Positions 23,553 to 32,399 of a stretch of DNA of 33,167 bases are shown in pieces. Numbering within the stretch: the first letter of the stretch is position 1; each line of letters begins with the position of its first letter. Source of the stretch: an uncultured Planctomycetaceae bacterium (GTDB lineage Bacteria > Planctomycetota > Phycisphaerae > SM23-33). Below the pieces are notes generated by a model that saw nothing but the letters and a program-made list of their open reading frames with translations, ran no database searches and was not told where the DNA came from. The stretch lies in the NCBI GenBank assembly GCA_964449105.1, contig CAYUYD010000003.1:1-33167 (forward strand). The letters are read 5' to 3'. A program made the position numbers and the translations under genes.

Positions 23553-24865
23553 TAAATATACTCGTTGATGATATTTTCGAGCATTTCGACCCTGCCCGAG
23601 GCGTTGGGGGAAATTTCGCCCTTCCTGAGCATGTAATCGCTCAATTCGCCGAAGCCGACCTTACCGGCATCAATGTCTGCGCCGATACCGGTATCCCAAC
23701 TGGCGTAACGCTGTTTAAGGAAATCGTCAAGCCGGCCGTCCTTGCGGATGGCGGCGGCGATCTTCAGGCCTCGGGCGAATGCGTCCATCCCGCCGATGTG
23801 TGCGTGGAACAGGTCTATCGGTTCGAAACTCTCGCGGGCAACGTGGGCGTCGAAATTGAGTCCGCCGGTCGTAAAACCGCCGGTTTGGATAATCGCCAGC
23901 ATCGCCATTGCGGTGTCGTACAGGTCGGTCGGGAACTGGTCGGTGTCCCAGCCAAGCAGCAGGTCGCCTCGATTGGCATCGACCGAACCGAAGATGCCGT
24001 TGGCGGCGGCAAACTCCAGTTCGTGCGCGAACGAATGACCGGCCAGCGTGGCATGATTGGCCTCAATGTTCAGTTTGAAATGCTCCAGCAGTCCGTACTT
24101 CTGAAGGAAGGCGAAACAGGCGGCTGCGTCAAAGTCGTACTGATGCTTGGTCGGCTCCTTGGGCTTCGGCTCAATGTAGAACGGACCCATGAAACCTATT
24201 TGTTTCTTGTAATCCACCGCCATATTCATGAACCGCCCCAGATTGTCCAGTTCTCTTACCATGTCGGTATTCAGGAGAGACTTGTATCCTTCGCGTCCGC
24301 CCCAGAAGACGTAGCCGGACGCATCGAGTTCAACGGCGACTTCCATTGCCTTGGCCACCTGCGCCGCGGCGTATGCGAAAACATCGGCGTTGCAGCTGGT
24401 CGCTGCCCCGTGCATGTAGCGCGGGTGGGCAAACAGGCAGGCCGTTACCCATAGCGGTTTGACCCCGGTTCGCTCCTGCTCGGATTTGATGACCTTGACA
24501 ACCTTATCGAGGTTTTTATTGCTCTCGGTCAGCGTTGCGCCCTCTGGCGCTACGTCGCGGTCGTGAAAGCAGTAGAACCCCACGCCGAGTTTCTCAAAGA
24601 ACTCAAAGGCCGCTTTGACACGGTTCGCGGCGTTTTCCAGCGAATCGGTCCCGTCGTCCCAGGGCATCAGGCGCGTCGCCTGGCCGAATGGGTCAGCCCC
24701 TGCGTTGCGGAAGGTGTGCCAGTAGGCCACGCTGAACCGCAGATGTTCAGCCATCGCTTTGCCTTCGACGACCTCGGCGGGATTATAGTGTTTGAAAGCA
24801 AGGGGATTTTTCGAGTCAGGACCTTCATATCGGATTTTCTTTACGTCGGGAAACGCCTTTGTCAT
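23552..24865 (-). CDS. xylA: Xylose isomerase
   Basis: The start [29 protein letters not shown] follows [21 protein letters not shown] and [17 protein letters not shown] motifs are present. Length is 437 aa. Confidence 0.93.
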   Translation of the reverse strand: MTKAFPDVKKIRYEGPDSKNPLAFKHYNPAEVVEGKAMAEHLRFSVAYWHTFRNAGADPFGQATRLMPWDDGTDSLENAANRVKAAFEFFEKLGVGFYCFHDRDVAPEGATLTESNKNLDKVVKVIKSEQERTGVKPLWVTACLFAHPRYMHGAATSCNADVFAYAAAQVAKAMEVAVELDASGYVFWGGREGYKSLLNTDMVRELDNLGRFMNMAVDYKKQIGFMGPFYIEPKPKEPTKHQYDFDAAACFAFLQKYGLLEHFKLNIEANHATLAGHSFAHELEFAAANGIFGSVDANRGDLLLGWDTDQFPTDLYDTAMAMLAIIQTGGFTTGGLNFDAHVARESFEPIDLFHAHIGGMDAFARGLKIAAAIRKDGRLDDFLKQRYASWDTGIGADIDAGKVGFGELSDYMLRKGEISPNASGRVEMLENIINEYI

Positions 24866-24970
24866 AGTTTTGTATCTCCTGTAAGTTCGCCTTGCGAATC
24901 GGGAGGCATTGTAACCAATGGGTTCGCGCATGGCAATTTATCGTCGAGCCCCATCCGTTTTATAAATCCC

Positions 24971-24998
24971 TTGGCCTAATTGACCGAATTACTATACT
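24971..24998 (+). promoter_or_regulatory. Putative promoter TTGGCC-16-TATACT for tRNA-Ala
   Basis: The sequence reads TTGGCCtaattgaccgaattacTATACT and ends 13 nt before the tRNA 5' end. Confidence 0.4.
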
Positions 24999-25011
24999 GT
25001 AGTTACGCTTT

Positions 25012-25084
25012 GGGGATGTAGCTCAGTTGGGAGAGCGGCTGGTTCGCAATCAGCAGGTCAGGGGTTCGAGCCCCCTCATCTCCA
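25012..25084 (+). tRNA. tRNA-Ala (anticodon CGC)
   Basis: The sequence is GGGGATGTAGCTCAGTTGGGAGAGCGGCTGGTTCGCAATCAGCAGGTCAGGGGTTCGAGCCCCCTCATCTCCA. The G3:U70 identity pair is present and the anticodon loop is TTCGCAA. Confidence 0.92.
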
Positions 25085-25142
25085 TTCGCCGTCGCTGGTT
25101 CCGCTTGCTCACTCACGGACATTTTCGAGGGAAAAATCGACT

Positions 25143-25661
25143 ATGGAACTTCAAGGTAAAAAAATCGCGATAATGCTGGACCAGGCCTATCAGGAAATGG
25201 AGGTGTGGTATCCATATTATCGGTTCGCCGAAGCCGGTGCCGAGGTCGTCCTTGTCGGCCCAAAGGCAGGAGCGACATACCCGTCGAAACTGGGTTATCC
25301 ATGCGTTTCGGACGTAGCCGCCGGAGATGTGAGCGGTGGGGACTTCGACGCGGTGGTCGTTCCCGGAGGATGGGCGCCGGACTTCATGCGAAGGGATGAA
25401 TCGATGATCCGCTTCATCCGGCAGTGCGTCGAGGCGAAAATCATCCTGGCCGCCATCTGCCACGGGGGATGGATGCTCTGCTGCACCGACGCATTGGAAG
25501 GCAGGCGAGCCACCTCGTTCATCGCCATAAGGCATGATATGATTAACGCCGGGGCAGACTGGATTGACAAGGAATGTGTGATCGACGGAAACATCATCAC
25601 CGCCCGCACGCCCGACGACCTGCCCGCTTTCTGCAAGGCGATTATCAAGGCGCTTTCATAA
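25143..25661 (+). CDS. DJ-1/PfpI family protein (type 1 glutamine amidotransferase-like)
   Basis: KKIAIMLDQAYQEMEVWYP, DAVVVPGGWAPD and AAICHGGWML (nucleophile elbow Cys-His) are present. Confidence 0.88.
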   Translation: MELQGKKIAIMLDQAYQEMEVWYPYYRFAEAGAEVVLVGPKAGATYPSKLGYPCVSDVAAGDVSGGDFDAVVVPGGWAPDFMRRDESMIRFIRQCVEAKIILAAICHGGWMLCCTDALEGRRATSFIAIRHDMINAGADWIDKECVIDGNIITARTPDDLPAFCKAIIKALS

Positions 25662-25778
25662 AATGGGCCGCAGAGGCGCAGAGAACACAGAGGACAAATA
25701 GAGTTAAAAGATTCTTGTTCTGTGCTTTTTTTTGATGCTTTCAATCTCTCTGCGTTCTCTGCGTCCCTGCGGCCCATT
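25662..25778. repeat. Long imperfect inverted repeat (AATGGGCCGCAGAGGCGCAGAGAACACAGAGG / CTCTCTGCGTTCTCTGCGTCCCTGCGGCCCATT) filling a convergent gap
   Basis: About 28 of 32 arm positions pair. It starts on the base after the DJ-1 stop and ends 10 nt before the stop of the minus-strand gene. There is an internal T8 run. Confidence 0.75.
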
Positions 25779-25787
25779 GCCGTTCGA

Positions 25788-26387
25788 TCACGGAAAATGC
25801 CATAACACGGGCAGTATTGCATGCTCATGCATTAATTCCAGAAGGTCCTCAATCTCCGGTATGAGTAGTACGCCGAGTGTGTCAATCATCACGCGGCGTA
25901 TTGAATGAACGGAAACCATAATCTTCTTTTGAGTCCGGTAGTTTCTAAAACGAGGCCAGAACCTCGGAACCTGCCGCTTGTAAGTCGGAAACTGCTGGGG
26001 GAACAACTCCGCCAGATGCCGCTCTTCCCGATTTACAACCAGCATGTGTATCGGAATTACAATAAAAAGGACACAGGCGAGCATCAGGAGGTTCTCGAAG
26101 CACAATCCCACACCGACGCCGATGAGCAGGGAACCTATATACAGAGGGTTCCTGCACAACGAATAAGGGCCTTCGGTTACCAGTTCGCCGGACTTTCGGC
26201 CGCCGATATAGAAAATCGACCACATGCGAACTGCCAGCCCGCCCAGGAGAAACACGTATCCAGCAAACTCCATCCAAAACGCTATGGAAGACTCCAGGCC
26301 CCAGCGAGGCCTGACAAACAGCGCCACGACAATCACAGGAAGAGACGACAGCCGCAACATCATGATTCGCAATTTACGAACAGACAT
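25788..26387 (-). CDS. Isoprenylcysteine carboxyl / phospholipid methyltransferase family membrane protein
   Basis: GELVTEGPYSLCRNPLYIGSLL and EERHLAELFPQQFPTYKRQVPRFWP are typical of the ICMT/PEMT family. The protein is polytopic. Confidence 0.8.
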   Translation of the reverse strand: MSVRKLRIMMLRLSSLPVIVVALFVRPRWGLESSIAFWMEFAGYVFLLGGLAVRMWSIFYIGGRKSGELVTEGPYSLCRNPLYIGSLLIGVGVGLCFENLLMLACVLFIVIPIHMLVVNREERHLAELFPQQFPTYKRQVPRFWPRFRNYRTQKKIMVSVHSIRRVMIDTLGVLLIPEIEDLLELMHEHAILPVLWHFP

Positions 26388-26455
26388 CCGATACTCCGAT
26401 ATTTTCGAACCAGACGTAGGCTGGGGCTCTGCTTCGCTTTGTCCCGGCCTATAAT

Positions 26456-27181
26456 CTACTCAAACATCGCCGTTCCTATGCGGAGGATGGTAGCGCCTTC
26501 TTCGACGGCTACTTCGTAATCCTGGCTCATTCCCATCGAGAGGTGCGTAAAATCTTTTCCGCCGATTTTTTCACGGCGCATATCCTCGAACAGTTCGCGG
26601 AGACGGACGAAGGTCGGGCGGGCCTTTTCCGCCTCGGCGACCAGAGGCGCCATGGTCATCAACCCCATCATGCGGAGGTTATTCATCGTGGAGATTTGAT
26701 CGACCATATGCGCAGCGGCCCCGACGGGAACGCCGAATTTCTGCGCCTCCTGCGAACAGTTGACCTCCAGCAGAATATCGCAGACCAGGTCGGCGGCGGC
26801 GGCCCGGCGGTCAATTTCCTCAGCCAGGCGGAGCGTATCGACCGAATGGATCGCAGCCGCGACAGGAAGGACGCTTTTGACTTTGTTCCGCTGGAGGTGC
26901 CCTATCATATGCCAGCGGACCGGCTCGGGCGTTTCCTTCCGGCGTCGCGCCAGCCAGGCGGATATTTCTTCGGCACGTTCGACGAGTTGCCCGGCGCGGT
27001 TCTCGCCAAAGTCCGTCAAGCCCAGGTCGATGAGGGTCTTGATGTCGTCGATTTCGACGGCTTTTGTAACGACGACGAGTTGAATTCCGGCAGGGTCGCG
27101 CTGGACGCGCCCTGCGGCGGCGGCGATGTTGTCCCGAACACGCTGAAGATTATCGATAATTCTCTTTCGGGCAACGGTCAT
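26456..27181 (-). CDS. yggS: YggS-family pyridoxal-phosphate-binding homeostasis protein
   Basis: The sequence begins MTVARKRIIDNLQRVRDNIAAAAGRVQRDPAGIQLVVVTK and also contains FGENRAGQL, HMIGHLQRNK and LSMGMSQDYEVAVEEGATILRIGTAMF. Confidence 0.88.
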   Translation of the reverse strand: MTVARKRIIDNLQRVRDNIAAAAGRVQRDPAGIQLVVVTKAVEIDDIKTLIDLGLTDFGENRAGQLVERAEEISAWLARRRKETPEPVRWHMIGHLQRNKVKSVLPVAAAIHSVDTLRLAEEIDRRAAAADLVCDILLEVNCSQEAQKFGVPVGAAAHMVDQISTMNNLRMMGLMTMAPLVAEAEKARPTFVRLRELFEDMRREKIGGKDFTHLSMGMSQDYEVAVEEGATILRIGTAMFE

Positions 27182-27256
27182 AACGAGAAAGCCTAGCACG
27201 GCCGCTGCGAAACGGCAAGCCTCCCACCTGATGCAGACGTCCCCGCGTATCCGCAA

Positions 27257-29116
27257 TTACGGCAACAGCATCGCCATTGTGTAGGCGTTCTGAAAGTCCT
27301 TGTCGAGGTTCAGTTCGATTACTGTCGGGGCGGCGGCTACATGGGGGAGTTTCGCTCTGACCTCCTCATCCAGCAGCGCCACGAACGCGCCGGCCAGCGA
27401 ACCGTTGCCGAGGAATGTGTACTTTTCGCGGTCGATATCGGGCAGCAGTCCCATCGCCACGCAGTTGTCCAGGTCGATGTGGCGGGCGAACCCGCCGGCG
27501 AGGTAAAATTGCTTTATCTCATCGAAGCCCGCTCCGAAATGCTTCATGGCTGTCTGCAGCGCGGCGAAGATAACGCCCTTTGCCTGGAGCAGCGTTGCGA
27601 CGTCGCGCTCGGTAATCAGAATCGGTTTCAGCCCGTCGTCGGTCCGGTCGGCGGGGACGATCTCGTAGGCCGGTATCCCCTCGTCGGCACGAACGATGCG
27701 GGGGCATTTCGCCTTCGCCTCGTCGGTGAATCGCCCGGTCTGTGAAATCACGCCCGCGCGGCGCATCTGTGCGAGCAAGTCAATCAATCCGCTTCCGCAT
27801 ACGCCGGCGGGTTTGGTCTGGCCTATGACAGTGTAAGTCGGTTCGGCGTCAATCGCCTCCAGTGCGAATGCGTCAATCGCCCCTGTTGCCGCTCTCATGC
27901 CGCAGGTCAGCCCGCTTCCCTCGAAGGCGGGGCCCGCCGGTGCGGCGCAGGCTATTGAGCGGTCGCGGTTGCCCACAACTATCTCGGCATTGGTGCCGAT
28001 GTCGATCATCACCGTCAATTCCCGGTTTTCCGTCAGCCCGCAGACGTACATATCCGCCGTGATGTCCCCGCCGACGTAACCCGCAGACGATGGGAAAATA
28101 TCGACCAGCCCGTCGGGGTTCATCGCCAGTCGCAGTGAGTCGGCGCGATACGGGCCGGGGGAATTTGTTATCGGCGCGAACGGCACTCCGCCCATACCTG
28201 CCGGCGATATTCCGCAAAAAAGGTGCGTCATTATCGTATTGCCCGAAACGGTCATGTGCACCACATCCACCTGTTGCAGTCCATGCCGTTGGACCAGCAG
28301 ACCCAGCAGGCGGTTGACAGTCGATTCGACAACCAGGTTTCGCAGTTCCTCAAGCCGATCCGGAACGCCGGCGTAGGTAATCCGACCGGCGACGTCGTCG
28401 CAGCGGATAATCTGCTGATTGTATCCGCTGGCGGCATCGAGGATTTTCCCCGCCGCCAGATCGACCAGTGCGACCACAACCGTCGTGGTTCCGACATCGA
28501 CGGCGGCTGCGTAGAGGGCGGACGTCGTATCGCCCGGCTCGATGCGGATCAAATGCCACGTTCCGCCCTCTCCGGTGATGGTAACGGTCAGTTCGTACCC
28601 GGCGGCTGAAACCTGTTCCGCGGTGCGGGCGAGTTGCACCGACGAGTTTATCGGGCCTTCGCAGCCCCGCAGTCGCAGTTCGTCTATTATCCGTTCCAGG
28701 TCGCCTCGCGAGTCCTGGAGCGTTGGTTTCGGCAAGCGGAGGTATTCCTTTCGGACGGGCGGGCGGAGCGATCTCGGCGGCGTGTGGGCGAAGTCCATGA
28801 CAATCTTCTCACCCGCCGATACCAGGCTGTGACGGGGGATGCGGATCAGGAAATCGCCGCCCAGCAGTTGCGTCCGGCAGGCAAGCACTCGTTTGGCCTT
28901 GCCCGTATCGACCGCAATGACGCCGCCGTCAAGGCTGCTGAACCGTCCGGCAAGGACATCGACGGCGCACCCGCCGCACGTGCCGCCGCCGCCGCAGGCG
29001 ACGTTCAGGATCACACCAGCTCCGACGAAAAGGTCGGTCAGCAGACATGGCGCATCGGCCTGATATTCGATGCGACGGTCCGGTAATTCGATAATGCCTT
29101 GTGCTTTCGTAGCCAT
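27257..29116 (-). CDS. RACo-like corrinoid reductive activase (N-terminal 2Fe-2S ferredoxin domain plus ASKHA ATPase domain)
   Basis: The 2Fe-2S cysteines are CGGGGTCGGC...LACR (C-x5-C-x2-C...C). They are followed by ASKHA-type segments (AAVDVGTTTVVVALVD, MIDIGTNAEIVVGN, GSGLID). Length is 619 aa. Confidence 0.8.
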   Translation of the reverse strand: MATKAQGIIELPDRRIEYQADAPCLLTDLFVGAGVILNVACGGGGTCGGCAVDVLAGRFSSLDGGVIAVDTGKAKRVLACRTQLLGGDFLIRIPRHSLVSAGEKIVMDFAHTPPRSLRPPVRKEYLRLPKPTLQDSRGDLERIIDELRLRGCEGPINSSVQLARTAEQVSAAGYELTVTITGEGGTWHLIRIEPGDTTSALYAAAVDVGTTTVVVALVDLAAGKILDAASGYNQQIIRCDDVAGRITYAGVPDRLEELRNLVVESTVNRLLGLLVQRHGLQQVDVVHMTVSGNTIMTHLFCGISPAGMGGVPFAPITNSPGPYRADSLRLAMNPDGLVDIFPSSAGYVGGDITADMYVCGLTENRELTVMIDIGTNAEIVVGNRDRSIACAAPAGPAFEGSGLTCGMRAATGAIDAFALEAIDAEPTYTVIGQTKPAGVCGSGLIDLLAQMRRAGVISQTGRFTDEAKAKCPRIVRADEGIPAYEIVPADRTDDGLKPILITERDVATLLQAKGVIFAALQTAMKHFGAGFDEIKQFYLAGGFARHIDLDNCVAMGLLPDIDREKYTFLGNGSLAGAFVALLDEEVRAKLPHVAAAPTVIELNLDKDFQNAYTMAMLLP

Positions 29117-29183
29117 ATTTCACGAATTACGCGAATTATTGACCTTTGAATGGCAAAATAAACTTCGGCCTCTACGGAAACAA

Positions 29184-29280
29184 AGATAGCAGGATTTTAG
29201 GGATTACTGGATTACTGGATTTTTAAAATAACAAAAGAAAAATCCCTGTAATCTCAAAATCCCTGTAATCCCGCTCTCTT
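29184..29280. repeat. Intergenic inverted repeat, family 1 copy C
   Basis: The left arm GATAGCAGGATTTTAGGGATTACTGGATTACTGGATT pairs with AATCCCTGTAATCTCAAAATCCCTGTAATCCCGCTCTC. It is followed by AATCCGCAATCCACAATCCGCA (29290-29311). Confidence 0.7.
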
Positions 29281-29321
29281 TCTTTTTTTAATCCGCAATC
29301 CACAATCCGCACTCTGAAGGG

Positions 29322-30125
29322 TTATTTCAATTTTCCTTCGCGGTGTGCGGTAACGTAACTTACGCACCATTCATCGTCGGCGTTTATAACCTCGCCGGCC
29401 AACATCAGCGAAACCATGTTCGGCGTGCACGGGTCCACGATAGCGGCGTCCATCCCGAAATAGACAGCCGTCGCCACCATCGCCATGTTGATGAATTTTC
29501 GCCCCGGCAGGCCGAAACTCGTATTGCTAAGCCCGCCGCCGATATGGACGTCCGGGAACGTTTCGTGGATTATCCTGATGGCCTCGCAGGTATTCCGGGC
29601 GGACTGCGGGTCGGTCGAGACGGGGACGAAGCATGGGTCGATTATAATCTCATCGACTTTTTTCCCGACGGCGGTAATCCGCTCTACAAGGCTTTTGGCC
29701 CGTTCGACGCGGTCGTCGATGCCCGTAGGCATTCCGGCGTCGGACATGCAAAGCGCGATTACCATGCACTTGTGTTCAGCCAGTATGGGCAGAAAGGCCT
29801 CCATGCGTTCGGTCTCAAGGGAGACGGAATTGACTATAGGTTTCTTCTTCACCAGCGCCAGACCGGCCTTGATGGCGTCTATGTTGGCTGAATCAAGACA
29901 CAGCGGAACGTCAACGTTTTCCTGGACGAGTTTCACCAGCCATTCCATGTTGGCTACTTCGGCTCCAGCCTTCGGGTCTCCGCCGTTCAGATCGATGTAG
30001 TTCGCACCGGCGGCGACCTGTTCGACGGCAGTTGCGATAATGTACTGCTCATCCCTGCCTGCGACGGCGGCGGCGATGGACTTCCTCGTCGCGTTAATCT
30101 TCTCGCCAATTATGATCACAAGCAT
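29322..30125 (-). CDS. Methyltetrahydrofolate:corrinoid methyltransferase (AcsE/MeTr-like pterin-binding protein)
   Basis: IIGEKINATRKSI, NYIDLNGG, MEWLVKLVQENVDVPLCLDSANIDAIKAGL, NSVS, IIDPC, GLSNTSFGLP and MDAAIVDP align closely, from memory, with Moorella AcsE. Confidence 0.82.
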   Translation of the reverse strand: MLVIIIGEKINATRKSIAAAVAGRDEQYIIATAVEQVAAGANYIDLNGGDPKAGAEVANMEWLVKLVQENVDVPLCLDSANIDAIKAGLALVKKKPIVNSVSLETERMEAFLPILAEHKCMVIALCMSDAGMPTGIDDRVERAKSLVERITAVGKKVDEIIIDPCFVPVSTDPQSARNTCEAIRIIHETFPDVHIGGGLSNTSFGLPGRKFINMAMVATAVYFGMDAAIVDPCTPNMVSLMLAGEVINADDEWCVSYVTAHREGKLK

Positions 30126-30133
30126 CTCCTTCA

Positions 30134-30218
30134 GTTGGTAATTCGTAATTCGTAACTCGTAATTGGTAATCCGGCGTTGGACACGTTGACCAATTACGAG
30201 TTACGAATTACCAATTAC
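30134..30218. repeat. Inverted repeat with heptamer-periodic arms (GGTAATTCGTAATTCGTAACTCGTAATTGGT / ACCAATTACGAGTTACGAATTACCAATTAC)
   Basis: The inner 21 bp pair perfectly, and register-shifted pairing is possible beyond that. It lies between the AcsE-like gene start and the VWA-like gene stop. Confidence 0.8.
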
Positions 30219-30226
30219 TTGTTTTC

Positions 30227-31192
30227 CTACGGCAGCGGCGTGACCCTGGAGAGCAACTCCGCAATTTCATTGCCCGTGAACTGTCGGCACTGCCCCCCCG
30301 TCCCGGCTGTGAGTTTTTCCATCACCGCGACGGCATCGGGGGGCGATTCCAGCATCACGGCAAAAATTTTGATACCGGATTGTTTGGCCTGTTGCGTCAG
30401 ACTGTCTGCGTTGTCCACCGCCTTGTCGGTCAGCACCACGATGGTTTTGGGCTTCAGCGCCATCGCCCGGCGGAATCCATCGGCAAGGTCGGTCGCCCCC
30501 GCCGGTTGACAGTCCCTCAGAAATTCCTTCGCCTTCGTATCGCCGGCATCGCCGCCGGTTATCCAGGCGCCGGTCATCGGCTTGACGCCTTCTTCCGCCA
30601 ATACGATTATGTTGAACTGTCCCACCCCGCCCATCGCACGGATAGAATATCGCACGACGGCTACGGCTGGATCGTATAAATCCCGCATCGCCGACGAGGC
30701 GTTCAGGACATACACCACCGGTCCGGCAATGCCCATCCCTGCCACCTGAAGCCCCCTGGCTGTGAATGGATTGGTCGGAATTGGCATCGGCGGCAGGTCG
30801 TTATTGTTAGAGGGTTTCGTCTCGGTTGCCGTGTTCGAACCGTCTTTGGGAACGGGCGGCTTATCCGGACCGGCGCTTATCTTCATCACAAGGACCACCC
30901 CCACCACCAGAAGCAGCAGCACAAACCCCGACAGCACCAGCGTCGCAATCCCCTGAATCATGACCGGTTTAGCCAGCGGAACCGCTTCGACCGATTCGAC
31001 CTGCCGGGCCTGTGAGGTCGCAACCGCGGTCGGCAAGTCAGGTCTGTCGGGCCTGTCGGCGCAGCTGGCTGCCGCGCCGCCGGAGACCATAGTTATCGCC
31101 TTGCAGTACGGACAACGGCACAGCCCGCCCGCAAATCCCTCGTCGATTGAGATTTTCTTACGGCACTGCTGACAGCGGATCTTTATGGCCAT
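30227..31192 (-). CDS. Zinc-ribbon / single-TM / von Willebrand factor A-like domain protein
   Basis: The N-terminal zinc ribbon is CQQCRKKISIDEGFAGGLCRCPYCK. The TM segment is IQGIATLVLSGFVLLLLVVGVVLVM. The C-terminal VWA-like fold includes VVYVLNASSAM...IVVLTDK, with the MIDAS Asp replaced by Asn. Confidence 0.65.
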   Translation of the reverse strand: MAIKIRCQQCRKKISIDEGFAGGLCRCPYCKAITMVSGGAAASCADRPDRPDLPTAVATSQARQVESVEAVPLAKPVMIQGIATLVLSGFVLLLLVVGVVLVMKISAGPDKPPVPKDGSNTATETKPSNNNDLPPMPIPTNPFTARGLQVAGMGIAGPVVYVLNASSAMRDLYDPAVAVVRYSIRAMGGVGQFNIIVLAEEGVKPMTGAWITGGDAGDTKAKEFLRDCQPAGATDLADGFRRAMALKPKTIVVLTDKAVDNADSLTQQAKQSGIKIFAVMLESPPDAVAVMEKLTAGTGGQCRQFTGNEIAELLSRVTPLP

Positions 31193-31217
31193 AGTTTGCC
31201 TTCTACTTCGACATTCA

Positions 31218-32222
31218 TCATTCGGTTTTTACGGCCTCGATGTCGGTGCTCCAGAGGTACAGGAATCCGGGCCTGCGGAGCAGAGCCAGTTGACCTAGTT
31301 GAAGGTTAATCAGATTAATCTGCATGGCGGGCGCGTCGGCCGGTGCGGATGAATAGACATTCGCCCGATACCCCAGCGGTCGATGATACATCACGACTTT
31401 GGCCTTATTGATTCCCGCAGTCTTTTTGGCGTCGGCGACGGCGTCCTGCAAGTAGCCAATCTGATCGACCAGGCCGGCCTGGACCGCCTGCCGGCCCGTT
31501 AATACGCGACCATCAGCCAGTTTGCGGACTTTTTCCGCATCAAGACCGCTCCGCCCTTCGGCTACTACCTGGACGAACTGCTCGTAGAACTCGTTCACCA
31601 TGTCCTGGAATATCTGCCGCTCCTGCTCGGTCAGTTTTTTCAGTGGGCTTCCCATCGCCTTGAGTTCGCCCGATGTAACGGCATCGGCATTTATACCCAG
31701 CATCTTCATCGTCCCTTCGAAATTGACCGTCTGAATCATCACGCCGATCGATCCGGTAATGCTGCTGGGCTGGCAGATAATCCGCTGCGATCCGCAAGCG
31801 AGATAGTATCCCCCCGACGCCCCGACGTCGGTTATGCACGCGATTACCGGTTTACCGGCCTGTTTTCGGAACCGGCGCAGATAATTGTACATCGCTTCGG
31901 TTGCCTGGACGGTCCCTCCGGGCGAGTTGATGCGGAGAACGACGGCCTTGACGTTTGCGTCGCGGGCGGCAGCGTCCAGTTTCTCCGAAAACAGGCTCAC
32001 CGGATTCTCGGAATCGCCGAATAGCGGACCTATGCTATCGTTAACGATCAGCCCGCTGACGTCGATCAATGCGACCTTGCTGAAAACCCAGCCTGGATCG
32101 GACTGGACGACCGATTCGGTCAGACGCTGGTCCAGTGAGACGGGTTTGACCAGATATCCGGCGCTGCCCCCGCAGCCGGACAGCGCGACGGTAAAGCAAA
32201 TCAGGACGGGTAGGTTCTTCAT
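31218..32222 (-). CDS. sppA: Signal peptide peptidase SppA (S49 family, 36K type), lipoprotein
   Basis: The lipobox is MKNLPVLICFTVALSGCGG. S49 motifs present are VVLRINSPGGTV, GASGGYYLAC and ITGSIGV. Confidence 0.88.
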   Translation of the reverse strand: MKNLPVLICFTVALSGCGGSAGYLVKPVSLDQRLTESVVQSDPGWVFSKVALIDVSGLIVNDSIGPLFGDSENPVSLFSEKLDAAARDANVKAVVLRINSPGGTVQATEAMYNYLRRFRKQAGKPVIACITDVGASGGYYLACGSQRIICQPSSITGSIGVMIQTVNFEGTMKMLGINADAVTSGELKAMGSPLKKLTEQERQIFQDMVNEFYEQFVQVVAEGRSGLDAEKVRKLADGRVLTGRQAVQAGLVDQIGYLQDAVADAKKTAGINKAKVVMYHRPLGYRANVYSSAPADAPAMQINLINLQLGQLALLRRPGFLYLWSTDIEAVKTE

Positions 32223-32309
32223 GGGGGATTATTATAGGAAGAGGCGTGCTGCGACGCAAATCGCAAAAGACTTACCAGTACTTCGTAACAGACAAATTGA
32301 TGAACGTGG

Positions 32310-32386
32310 GTGGCACGGTCAAGCGGAACGAAGTGGAGCTTGGCCGTGGTATCCTCACGGCCAAGTCTTCGACTTGACCGTGCCAC
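32310..32386. repeat. 77-nt imperfect hairpin (outer 14-bp perfect GTGGCACGGTCAAG/CTTGACCGTGCCAC, inner 10-bp CTTGGCCGTG/CACGGCCAAG)
   Basis: Read directly from the sequence. It lies 14 nt downstream of the stop of the minus-strand regulator gene and upstream of sppA. Confidence 0.7.
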
Positions 32387-32399
32387 ACATCCTGTTGAT

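Noticed and set aside
23553-23600. FMN riboswitch upstream of ribD, and cobalamin riboswitch upstream of the AcsE-like gene (30126-30226)
   Set aside because: The ribD start overlaps the xylA stop, so there is no leader. The 100-bp leader of the AcsE-like gene is fully occupied by the heptamer-periodic inverted repeat. I could not find conserved B12-box or FMN-element sequences.
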